Shown here: piece by piece, positions 48,386 to 57,462 of the stretch
Numbering within the stretch: the stretch's first letter is position 1
Layout of the letters: every line of letters starts with the position of its first letter
From: a virus
DNA length: 64,000 nucleotides
Reading direction: 5' to 3' (one strand)
IMG/VR virus record: IMGVR_UViG_3300028299_000006
Location: 6,758 to 70,757 of that record
The notes under the pieces: model-generated
What the model was told of the DNA's origin: nothing
Database searches by the model: none
The model's input: only the letters and a program-made list of their open reading frames with translations
Made by a program: the position numbers and the translations under genes

Positions 48386-49381
48386 TTAATAAAAGTTTTT
48401 GTTAAATTTTTCAAACTTTTGTTCCACATCTGTTTCTCTTTTGAAAAAATCCCTTACTTTAGTTATTTTCTTTTTTTTATTTTTATAACCATATGTAAAT
48501 ATATATATATCATCATCAAAATAATTAAGATTAAAAGTATCCATATATGGTCTAGGTGCATACATCATACCATTACCACTATAATCATTGGTTGTGTGTA
48601 ATATTATCTCCATATATGATGGTTTATCATCATAATACTTTAACCATCCTTTTTTATCAATATAATCTTCAAATGTATTATAATCATAGTCATATATGGT
48701 GTATATACGATCTGCGTATATACGACCCTTTGGATCATCTAATTTCCATAATATACATCTACCTAGTAATTTATCTTCGTGATCAACTAATATTAACATT
48801 CTTATTTTATCTTTGAAGTTTTTATCCGCGTAAAATTTTAATCTTTGTGGAATTGTTGGTTCATAATAATCTTCGGCACCAAAATCCCAATTATTAAACG
48901 CCATACAAGATTTGTTTAATTGGCCATTACCTTTTCTGTAGTTATCACCGCAATACCATTTAATAATATCATCACCATAAACGATTCTGAATTCTTTCTT
49001 TATTAATTTATTGTGTTTATCAATGTACGCTTTGTATAGATTCACAAATTGTTCTAATTCTTTATACCAATGCCAATTAGTTTTTGAATTTTCAAATTCC
49101 TTTCTCTCATCCTCAGTAAATAATCTACCAATTCCCCGACCAATTCTAATCTCAACTTCTGTGTCCTCACCAACATTATACCAAAAAATAGTTCCATTAT
49201 TGCCACTAATATCAATATTAATTATACTAATTATATGATCATCACCATATGGAATAGTTGTTCCATCCTTTTTTAATACAGAAGCTGATATCAAACTTTT
49301 ATTCTTAGTTTCTTCTAAGAATTTTTTAAGATTGGGTTTAATAGTTAGTTGTAACATAATCCTATATATATTAATATTCAA
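48386..49381 (-). CDS. Hypothetical protein with SCM domain; paralog of 24005
   Basis: IVYGDDIIKWY, GQLNKSCM, GRCILW, DRIY, PYMDTF. Confidence 0.7.
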   Translation of the reverse strand: MNINIYRIMLQLTIKPNLKKFLEETKNKSLISASVLKKDGTTIPYGDDHIISIINIDISGNNGTIFWYNVGEDTEVEIRIGRGIGRLFTEDERKEFENSKTNWHWYKELEQFVNLYKAYIDKHNKLIKKEFRIVYGDDIIKWYCGDNYRKGNGQLNKSCMAFNNWDFGAEDYYEPTIPQRLKFYADKNFKDKIRMLILVDHEDKLLGRCILWKLDDPKGRIYADRIYTIYDYDYNTFEDYIDKKGWLKYYDDKPSYMEIILHTTNDYSGNGMMYAPRPYMDTFNLNYFDDDIYIFTYGYKNKKKKITKVRDFFKRETDVEQKFEKFNKNFY

Positions 49382-51158
49382 ATTTTAAATTTCCACTATC
49401 ATATATCCTGTAAATTCCTCTATCAATCATAATTTCGTGTTCTGTTTTATTTTTATCAAATCCCTCTTTAATTAACTTATCTTTTCTATAATTAAACCTA
49501 TGATGACGGATTCCATCAATAACATAATAATAATTCAGTTGTGTTTTTCCTTTATATTCAAATCCTAATTTTTTATATAAATCTCCTGTACTCCACGAAC
49601 GGTCTGCGTAAGTTGTTATTTTAGATGGTTTATAATTCTCAACAAAGTATTTGAATAAATTGTCTTCTGATTCTATAACATTTGTGTTCAATTTTGAACA
49701 AAATCTTAATAATTCATATTCATCACTTGTCTTTTTACCAATTCTTCTTTTCCCAAAAATCATTAAACTCACTAACTCTTCATTGTGAAAAAGACCCAAT
49801 TTAATTGATGAACCAATAAATCCCTGGATATGATTTTTATTTAAAAATTCTCTGACTAATTTATTATCTGTTATTTCTTTTATTTCACATTTTCTTCCAT
49901 ATATTTTTTCAGGAGTTTTTCCTAACTTATTTAATATCATAGATTTAACAATATCATTTTTATAAATCCAATCATCCTCATAAATATGTATCAATTGTGT
50001 TCTTTTTTTTTCACATAATTCTGTCTTATTCAAATGATAATCATTTGGTTTATTTAATTCATTGTGCCAATAAACACCATTAAATTCAAACGCGAGTTTA
50101 AGGTCAGGGATGTAAATATCTAGTTCATATTTGTTATCCAATAATTTTCTATTATTTCTTATCATATCGTTATAATTTTCTTTAATGAAATCATGTAATT
50201 GAACTTCATATCCAGATTTAGATGAGTTTATCGGATTACATTTCGTACACACTGCAGTATTTACTCTATTCCTAAGATAAAATAGATGAAAACCTATTTC
50301 ATAAATATGATTTTTCTGGCATTTAATTTTAAAAATTTTTTTATCAAAATTAACATCAATGATATTAAAATCATATTCCATTATATTCCCATACCATTTT
50401 TTTCTTTTACTTTCTATTGATTTTTTTATACTATCTTTTAATTGAAATGGGGATTTAACACCATATTTTTTAATATTTGTATTTTTCACTTTTTCTTTAA
50501 TTTCATTAATTTGTGATATGTAAAACACACCATACTTACTGTAATTATTTTCTTTTAATGTTTCCCTTATGAGTGTAGATTGTTGTGGGTATTCAACTCC
50601 ATATTTTTCTAAATTTGTTTCTTTTATTTTTTCTTTTATTTGATCAGATCCAAATGGATTTTCCGATCCATATTTTTCTAAATTTGTTTCTTTGATTTTT
50701 TCTTTGATTTTTTCTGATTGAAAAACATTTTTAACACCATACTTATTTAAATTTGTTTTTTCAATTTTGTTTTTTACTATTTCTGATTTTAAGTGATGAT
50801 CTGTACCATATTTATTTAAATTTGTTTTTTTAATTTGATTTTTATATTCATTTGTTTTTGTATAATACTCTTTTCCGAATTTTTTCAATGATGTTTTTTT
50901 CACTTTTTCCTGAGCACATTTACTAGAACATGCGTAAAAACCACCATTATTTATATTTTTATAATACTTTTTATACATTATTGTTTTTTTATTACCACAT
51001 ATATCACACACGACATCAACTAGTATACAACTACCTTTATTTAGTTCGGATACATCTATTTCTATTTCATCTTTTAATTTAACATCTTTTTCAAGGTTAA
51101 TAAAGTGTTCAATGGTCTTTTTTGTTATTTTTATTTCAATTTTTTTGTTAATCAACAT
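49371..51158 (-). CDS. Homing endonuclease-like protein (KYGV repeats, PD-(D/E)xK domain, C-terminal extension); related to 11981
   Basis: ELDIYIPDLKLAFEFNGVYWH; HIQG, YELLRFC, TYADRSW. Confidence 0.8.
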   Translation of the reverse strand: MLINKKIEIKITKKTIEHFINLEKDVKLKDEIEIDVSELNKGSCILVDVVCDICGNKKTIMYKKYYKNINNGGFYACSSKCAQEKVKKTSLKKFGKEYYTKTNEYKNQIKKTNLNKYGTDHHLKSEIVKNKIEKTNLNKYGVKNVFQSEKIKEKIKETNLEKYGSENPFGSDQIKEKIKETNLEKYGVEYPQQSTLIRETLKENNYSKYGVFYISQINEIKEKVKNTNIKKYGVKSPFQLKDSIKKSIESKRKKWYGNIMEYDFNIIDVNFDKKIFKIKCQKNHIYEIGFHLFYLRNRVNTAVCTKCNPINSSKSGYEVQLHDFIKENYNDMIRNNRKLLDNKYELDIYIPDLKLAFEFNGVYWHNELNKPNDYHLNKTELCEKKRTQLIHIYEDDWIYKNDIVKSMILNKLGKTPEKIYGRKCEIKEITDNKLVREFLNKNHIQGFIGSSIKLGLFHNEELVSLMIFGKRRIGKKTSDEYELLRFCSKLNTNVIESEDNLFKYFVENYKPSKITTYADRSWSTGDLYKKLGFEYKGKTQLNYYYVIDGIRHHRFNYRKDKLIKEGFDKNKTEHEIMIDRGIYRIYDSGNLKFEY

Positions 51159-51270
51159 AATAATTTTTTATTTTTTGTACCAAATCTATATGGGTGATAT
51201 GACTTATATATGTTATATATTAAATTTTAAACTTTGTTTTTTAATATATAAATAAAATTAAAATCCTTTA

Positions 51271-52641
51271 ATGCAGAGATTCAGTGAAAAATATATAAAT
51301 AATTGGGATATTCTTACAAAATCAATAATTGGTTTTGAATTAGAATTTTATACAGAGAGATCGTATTATAAATTATTGGAATTATTAAATAGAGAATTAG
51401 ACCCTATTAAAGTCCATGGATATAGGAAATATCACTCTGAGATGAAACCAGATGATAAGAACTTTAAGATAGAACCTGATTTGTCAGGTGGATATGACAT
51501 GGTTGAAATCATCACAGGACCAATGCATTACAATGATTCAAAAATAATATTACTAAAAATTCTAAAAATCCTACAACAATACGCGAATACCAATGAAAGA
51601 TGTTCTATACACATAAATATATCTTTTGATAAAGAACAAACAGATAAGGATATTGGAAATCTTAATCAATTAAAAATATTATTGAATGTTGATGAAGATA
51701 TGATATATGAAATGTTTCCAACTCGTAAAGATAATTATTACGCGATGTCTGTAAAAAATGTAATACCATATAAAGATTTTGATTATACAGGAAGTGCGGC
51801 GAATATAATAGAAAATAATATAGAATTACCAGATACAAAATATTATGGAATAAATATAAATACAATAAATAAAGGTAGACTAGAGTTTAGATATATTGGT
51901 GGTGAAGATTATCATAATAAAACAAAAGAAATTTTGGAATTACTAGATTATTTTGTAATTTTGACTTGGAACTCAATTAGTGAAAAAATAGATTCAGAAG
52001 ATAGAGAGTTATTGGTGAAATACTTAAATAAAAACATAAATAATTTCAAAAAATTTAAGAAATTAGATAATTTTATCGCGGAATTTCCATCAATACAATT
52101 AGAAATTGATAAAGAAGATTCACTTATAATTGTTAAAACATATTATGGCGAAATCTATGAAGAGTTATATGATTTGATAACAAATGTTTATAATTTAAAG
52201 AATTGTGTTATAAACTATGATACCAATGATAGAAAAATGGAGGTTATTGACGCGGATTTTCGTGCGATTATTGATATAAAGAATATAAGATTTGTTGATT
52301 GTTCTATTGTTGGTGGTAGATTTAGTAATTGTGAATTTGTGACTTGTGATATAAAAAATACACACTTGGAGAACTGTGATGTTAAAGACAGTGATATATT
52401 CAGCTGTAAAATGGAATATACAAATGTTGACCAAACAACCGTTATAAATGATAGCTATTTTTACGGCGGATTACTCAATGGTGAGATGGTATCTGGAGTA
52501 TTTCGTGCTGGTAAAGTTGGAGAGTTTGGTATAATTGGTGATAAAGTCAAAATAATAACAGATAATGATAATTATTTTGGATTTACACCACAAGATATAG
52601 ATAAAGGTAAAGGTAAATCTTTCTTTAAGAAGAAAAAGTAA
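51271..52641 (+). CDS. Putative amidoligase-like protein with C-terminal beta-helix repeats
   Basis: IGFELEF, EPDLSGG, EIITGP, CSIHINIS, LEFRYIGG. Confidence 0.7.
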   Translation: MQRFSEKYINNWDILTKSIIGFELEFYTERSYYKLLELLNRELDPIKVHGYRKYHSEMKPDDKNFKIEPDLSGGYDMVEIITGPMHYNDSKIILLKILKILQQYANTNERCSIHINISFDKEQTDKDIGNLNQLKILLNVDEDMIYEMFPTRKDNYYAMSVKNVIPYKDFDYTGSAANIIENNIELPDTKYYGININTINKGRLEFRYIGGEDYHNKTKEILELLDYFVILTWNSISEKIDSEDRELLVKYLNKNINNFKKFKKLDNFIAEFPSIQLEIDKEDSLIIVKTYYGEIYEELYDLITNVYNLKNCVINYDTNDRKMEVIDADFRAIIDIKNIRFVDCSIVGGRFSNCEFVTCDIKNTHLENCDVKDSDIFSCKMEYTNVDQTTVINDSYFYGGLLNGEMVSGVFRAGKVGEFGIIGDKVKIITDNDNYFGFTPQDIDKGKGKSFFKKKK

Positions 52642-53960
52642 TGGATATTAAAAGTCAAACACCAGAGGTCGTTGAGTTTAAGGGTAAGAATTATTATTAC
52701 AACGATGATGATTCATATTCCTTTGGTTTATATAAGAGTAATATAATACTTGGTAGAAAAAATAACATTAGTGACAGTCAATCAATAAGATATAATTTTT
52801 CTGGTAGAATTTGGACTGGAATAAAGATTATTTCGTTTTGGACGTTTCCATCATTATTTATGCTGGGAAGAATAATAAGTAAATTAGAGGATAAATTAAA
52901 TATAAAGATAAGATACGATGAGTATAAAATAAAAATAGTTTATGGTGGAAAACCAAATGATAGACATATCTGGAATGAACAGACGAAATATAATTTATCT
53001 GTTGATTATATATGGTTGAAAGATTATATTATTCACGAGGGAAAAATTGTGGATGCTTCACGTTTAAAGAGTAGGATAAATAAAAACCCAATTTTAGAAT
53101 TAGATAAAACAGGTAATATTAAAATAGACGGTAAATTTAGTATTTCACCTAAATTAACCGATTTTGATAGATTTTATTTGATGAATTTTAATCTTACTCC
53201 ACATTATAAAAGAGATGTGATAAAATTACAAGATCTTTTAGATGGATCTAATGGATTTAAAGGAATATATGGAAATGATGGTAGTTTTTATATAAGATAT
53301 ACACGTACTCCACGAGGTATTCCTACAAATAAAAATTATTACGAATTTGACCATAAAACTGTTACGGATTGGTTAAATCCACCAGGAGGAATGCCAGGTA
53401 TACAATGCCCATGGAAATCAGATAAAACTGGTGAGAATTTAATACATGATGGATTATCACAATATAGATATAATTTTAAGTGGTTAAAATGGTTGATGAA
53501 TAATGTTTTATATGATTATGTGTTAAATGGTGTTGTATTAATTTCTGATAAAAACAATACAAGAAGAATAATACTAACAAACAATAAAGTAAAAGTTCAA
53601 TTAGTAAAAGGTAATGAGGGAATAAGTGGGGAAAAAGGAGTTTCAAATGACTCAGTTGAACAGAGAATACCAAAAAAAAATTATCAAATTTTAAATGATG
53701 TAATAAATTTAACTAAAGATGGTAAACTAAAATGGTCATATGAAGTGAAATATAACAAATATAAATCTGAATATATAGTAAATAACAAGATAAGTCTAGA
53801 ATTGAGTTTAGTGGCTAGAAGTACTAGACATTTGAGTTATCTAAGTGTTAGTCTAGCTAGACCAGAGAGGACTAGATTTTTAAAATTAATTGAAGGTCTT
53901 AGAGTATCAGATTTGATTGATGAAATAGAAAAGAAGAAAAAAAGTATTTTAGATAAATAA
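52641..53960 (+). CDS. Hypothetical multidomain protein with C-terminal copy of the 28915-family domain
   Basis: VINLTKDGKLKW. Confidence 0.6.
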   Translation: MDIKSQTPEVVEFKGKNYYYNDDDSYSFGLYKSNIILGRKNNISDSQSIRYNFSGRIWTGIKIISFWTFPSLFMLGRIISKLEDKLNIKIRYDEYKIKIVYGGKPNDRHIWNEQTKYNLSVDYIWLKDYIIHEGKIVDASRLKSRINKNPILELDKTGNIKIDGKFSISPKLTDFDRFYLMNFNLTPHYKRDVIKLQDLLDGSNGFKGIYGNDGSFYIRYTRTPRGIPTNKNYYEFDHKTVTDWLNPPGGMPGIQCPWKSDKTGENLIHDGLSQYRYNFKWLKWLMNNVLYDYVLNGVVLISDKNNTRRIILTNNKVKVQLVKGNEGISGEKGVSNDSVEQRIPKKNYQILNDVINLTKDGKLKWSYEVKYNKYKSEYIVNNKISLELSLVARSTRHLSYLSVSLARPERTRFLKLIEGLRVSDLIDEIEKKKKSILDK

Positions 53961-54757
53961 TGGCTAGAAAAGGAAAAAATAGTAATAGAAATAAGGGAGG
54001 TGGAAGAAATAATCTTAGTAGGAATGATAATAATTTCAATAGGAATAATAATCAAAATATTAACAAAAACAACTCACAAAGAAGATTTAAACTAGAAGTT
54101 TCACCTGTTTTTATGGAAATTTTAAAGAGAGTATCTGATATGAATGATCCTGTAGCTGATTATTTGATATCATTGACAAAGAAGAATACGGCTTTAAGAA
54201 TGAGTTATTTTCATATAACAAAAAAGAATAATTATACTATATCGCTAACTTATTTGGATAAAATAAAGAGTAAATTTCATCCAGAATCAGAAGGTTGGGA
54301 TAAAAAGAATAGAATTTTGATGGATTTTAGAAAACTCCTTAATAAACTACTGAAGGGATCATCTCTAAATAGAAGTCAAATTGGAAAATTTATGACAAAA
54401 TATAAGAGTGTCTATTCTGATATAAAGAGAGATTTAGGAGTAAAGAAAGTAGATAAAGAAGTAGATAAAGATCAACATACATTAGAGGAATTATTAAAAT
54501 TAACAGAAACAAATCAAATACAATGGCGTGTCGTGAGAGATGAGAATGAACATTATGTGGTATATGTTACTAGTGTGATGATAACTAATAAAAAAAGATT
54601 GTTATTAAAATTGTATTTTTCTAGAGAATTGTCAAATTATATGATTATTTATTTTGTTGATGAAGATGGTTCTATGAATCATATAAGAAAAATAGAGAAT
54701 GATAAAGATCTTGAAATACTTCATATTTCTGTATTAGATAATATAAAAAATCGTTAA
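53960..54757 (+). CDS. Hypothetical protein: N/R-rich tail, 24005-like N-domain, 28915-family domain
   Basis: SPVFMEILKR...SYFHI; LLKLTETNQIQW. Confidence 0.6.
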   Translation: MARKGKNSNRNKGGGRNNLSRNDNNFNRNNNQNINKNNSQRRFKLEVSPVFMEILKRVSDMNDPVADYLISLTKKNTALRMSYFHITKKNNYTISLTYLDKIKSKFHPESEGWDKKNRILMDFRKLLNKLLKGSSLNRSQIGKFMTKYKSVYSDIKRDLGVKKVDKEVDKDQHTLEELLKLTETNQIQWRVVRDENEHYVVYVTSVMITNKKRLLLKLYFSRELSNYMIIYFVDEDGSMNHIRKIENDKDLEILHISVLDNIKNR

Positions 54758-54761
54758 AAAT

Positions 54762-55094
54762 ATGTCATTAGATTTTAAACTATCAAATACTAGTGGAAAA
54801 ATAACAGATAATTTTTTGTTATTAACTCTAATACAACAAACAAATGAAGGAAAGTTAAAATGGAGTTCATACAGCAAAACAGATATTAGTGAAAAATTTA
54901 TTTCATTTTTTAATATACCACAAACTAAAAAAAGTATAAGAATTGAATATTTTGTGAATATGTCATCCACTGAATATTGTTATATTCGTTTCTTATTTGA
55001 AATAAGAGGATACAGTAGAGAGGTTAGAATGATTAGAGGATCAAATGTTTTATCTTTACTTTTTAACATTAAAAACAAACAAAAAGATGGATAA
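54762..55094 (+). CDS. Single-domain member of the 28915 family
   Basis: LIQQTNEGKLKW...TKKSIRIEY. Confidence 0.6.
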   Translation: MSLDFKLSNTSGKITDNFLLLTLIQQTNEGKLKWSSYSKTDISEKFISFFNIPQTKKSIRIEYFVNMSSTEYCYIRFLFEIRGYSREVRMIRGSNVLSLLFNIKNKQKDG

Positions 55095-55836
55095 TAGTGA
55101 TAATAAGAATAGAGGTATAATAATAAATTTACACAGAAGAACAACTAATGATGAACTTAAGTGGTATGTCGCGGTTGATAATGATTATGTTACAAAATTT
55201 GTATGCAGTGAAAAATTAACAAACAAAAAAGCGATATCATATAATATTTTCTATAAAAAGAAATATAACGATACACATATGATAATATTTCTTGATTATA
55301 GAAAATTTGATAAAGGTATAAGTTCACCACATTCAATAGACTCAAAGAAGATACAAACTATTCGTTCAAATGGTGTAATATTATTATTAAGAAATGTTTT
55401 AACAAAATTAGGTAATGTGGTACATAATAAAACACATATCTTAATAAGAAATAAATACAATAAAAATTATTTTTATTTAATAACTAAAGGAGGAAAGTAT
55501 GTTTTTCCATCATTTGTTGGTGATAATATAAAATTTAATATAAATAGACTTGGATTTAGCCCTATGACATATAAGAAATGTGATGAATTTAAAAATATTA
55601 TGAAAACTGGAAAAAATGAGTATGTGATAAACAATTTGTATTTGGTTACAGATTATAAAGAGAATGATAATTCTAAAGGACATCATTTCCAATGGATTCC
55701 AATTGATGACATTTTTAATTATTTTATAGATGATGATACGAAATTAATAACAAAATTTTATTTGGATAACAAATCCAATTCGGAATTAGACTACTGGAAA
55801 GATAAAATGTCTAGAGAAGAGTTAATTGGTAATTAA
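55045..55836 (+). CDS. 28915-family domain plus degenerate NUDIX-like C-terminus (start probably MDNSD)
   Basis: LHRRTTNDELKW...TNKKAISY; HHFQWIPIDDI. Confidence 0.55.
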   Translation: MFYLYFLTLKTNKKMDNSDNKNRGIIINLHRRTTNDELKWYVAVDNDYVTKFVCSEKLTNKKAISYNIFYKKKYNDTHMIIFLDYRKFDKGISSPHSIDSKKIQTIRSNGVILLLRNVLTKLGNVVHNKTHILIRNKYNKNYFYLITKGGKYVFPSFVGDNIKFNINRLGFSPMTYKKCDEFKNIMKTGKNEYVINNLYLVTDYKENDNSKGHHFQWIPIDDIFNYFIDDDTKLITKFYLDNKSNSELDYWKDKMSREELIGN

Positions 55837-56009
55837 ATTTCTATTTCTAATATTCCGACTTGAATTTTACTTATTTTTTCATTTAATTCGTGTCTTGGAT
55901 GTTCAATGACCTTATCATTGATTTTTATCATCCTCAACCAAACCAATTCGGAATATTCTTTTTCATTTTCAACTAATTCTCTGTTTTTCAATTCTTTAAA
56001 TATTTTCAT
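55833..56009 (-). CDS. Small hypothetical protein, 58 aa
   Basis: MKIFKELKNRELVENEKEYSELVWLRMIKINDKVIEHPRHELNEKISKIQVGILEIEI. Confidence 0.45.
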   Translation of the reverse strand: MKIFKELKNRELVENEKEYSELVWLRMIKINDKVIEHPRHELNEKISKIQVGILEIEI

Positions 56010-56065
56010 ATTTTAATTTTTTTTTTAAAAAAAAGGACACATCTTGAAAGATATATTCTTTTTTG

Positions 56066-56136
56066 TAATGAGGCGTTCTCAATAGAGAAGTCTATGAAAC
56101 GTGAAACCACTAAATCTTTAGTTTAGTGGTAGTTCA
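56066..56136 (+). mobile_element. Orphan IS605/TnpB right-end (omega-RNA-like) fragment
   Basis: GAAACGTGAAACCACTAAATCTTTAGTTTAGTGGTAGTTCA resembles TnpB element 3' ends; no tnpB ORF upstream. Confidence 0.55.
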
Positions 56137-56137
56137 T

Positions 56138-56884
56138 TTATATACCATATTCTTCTTTTAACAATTCTGTTAATTCACCATTAAAATTATAAAATCTTTT
56201 TTCAATGTTTGTTGAAATAACAATTAATGATGTAGCCAAACTAGTTAAAATTATAACGAATTTTTGATGATTAGTCACCATTTGATTTGATCTAGAAAAT
56301 TCATCTATTAATATTTGAGATTGTTCATCTAAATATCTAGTCCACGCTCTCATTCCTTTGTTTGGGTCTAACATAACTAAATCATATATTTTCTTACCAT
56401 ATTTTAATTTAACTTTTGTTTGTAATTCATTAATTATGTCATTCGACATACTATGTATAACTCTTATGAATTTATCTTCGTTCAAATTATCAATATCGTA
56501 TGTATCAATTAATTTAAAGACATTATCTTCTATGGATTTCATATACGATTCTAATATAAATGTGAATATTCTATTTCTGTTTTTGTCACCAAAATTATAA
56601 GTTGGAAGTTTTGTTCTGAGTTCTATTATTTCATGCATTAATCTACTATTTAACACTTTTTCTCTAATTGATTCGTAGTCTTGTATAGTATCTATTTTTT
56701 CTGATTTTTTATTTTTATCTTTTTTGTGTGATCGATCTTTTATTAATGAATAAAATTCCAATATTGGATTGTAAAACGCGAGGACGGTAGATGTTACAAC
56801 TATACCACATACTATGATGTATATTATTATCTGAGCCCATATCGGTAGACCATTAACTCTATCAAAAATATCAAGATTAATCAT
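56138..56884 (-). CDS. Membrane-anchored hypothetical protein
   Basis: N-terminal TM segment IWAQIIIYIIVCGIVV. Confidence 0.6.
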   Translation of the reverse strand: MINLDIFDRVNGLPIWAQIIIYIIVCGIVVTSTVLAFYNPILEFYSLIKDRSHKKDKNKKSEKIDTIQDYESIREKVLNSRLMHEIIELRTKLPTYNFGDKNRNRIFTFILESYMKSIEDNVFKLIDTYDIDNLNEDKFIRVIHSMSNDIINELQTKVKLKYGKKIYDLVMLDPNKGMRAWTRYLDEQSQILIDEFSRSNQMVTNHQKFVIILTSLATSLIVISTNIEKRFYNFNGELTELLKEEYGI

Positions 56885-56962
56885 AAGAAAATAGTTTATC
56901 TTTATATATAAAATTCAAATTTTAAAAAAAAATGACTTGTTAAAATAACAAGTCATTTTTTT

Positions 56963-57439
56963 TTATAAATCAGACCATTTTTTACTTATTTTTTTCAATA
57001 TACTTTCTTTATTTTCTGTCACAAGAGGTACAGTGAATCTCCTTCCACCATACGGCATAGGCATTTGCGAAGAGTTAACATTACATGGTACCACATTTAC
57101 ACCACAACGAGCGTCTCCAACAGTTCCATCGGGTATTCTAGCATATCTAGAAGTTCCAGAAGTTCCAGATACCCCCACCCCCCATGGTGGATTGTGTGCT
57201 TCCTGGGAGACATAGGGCAACCGTGAGGCGATCGGATATATTCTATTATTACCATTTATTATGTATCCCCTGTCAATATTATCAATAATTTGATAATTAT
57301 TATTGATTTTTTCTAATTGTTTTTCGGCCAAATATTCAGAATATTTTAGAACATCATCACTAATATCCTTTTTTGTATCTTCTTTAATAAAAGAATCAAT
57401 AATTTTAGTTTCTTCAATAAATTTTTTTGTTTTTTCCAT
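56963..57439 (-). CDS. Hypothetical protein
   Basis: 158 aa; GVSGTSGTS low-complexity patch. Confidence 0.5.
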   Translation of the reverse strand: MEKTKKFIEETKIIDSFIKEDTKKDISDDVLKYSEYLAEKQLEKINNNYQIIDNIDRGYIINGNNRIYPIASRLPYVSQEAHNPPWGVGVSGTSGTSRYARIPDGTVGDARCGVNVVPCNVNSSQMPMPYGGRRFTVPLVTENKESILKKISKKWSDL

Positions 57440-57462
57440 AATTTTAAATTTTTAGTTGGTTA

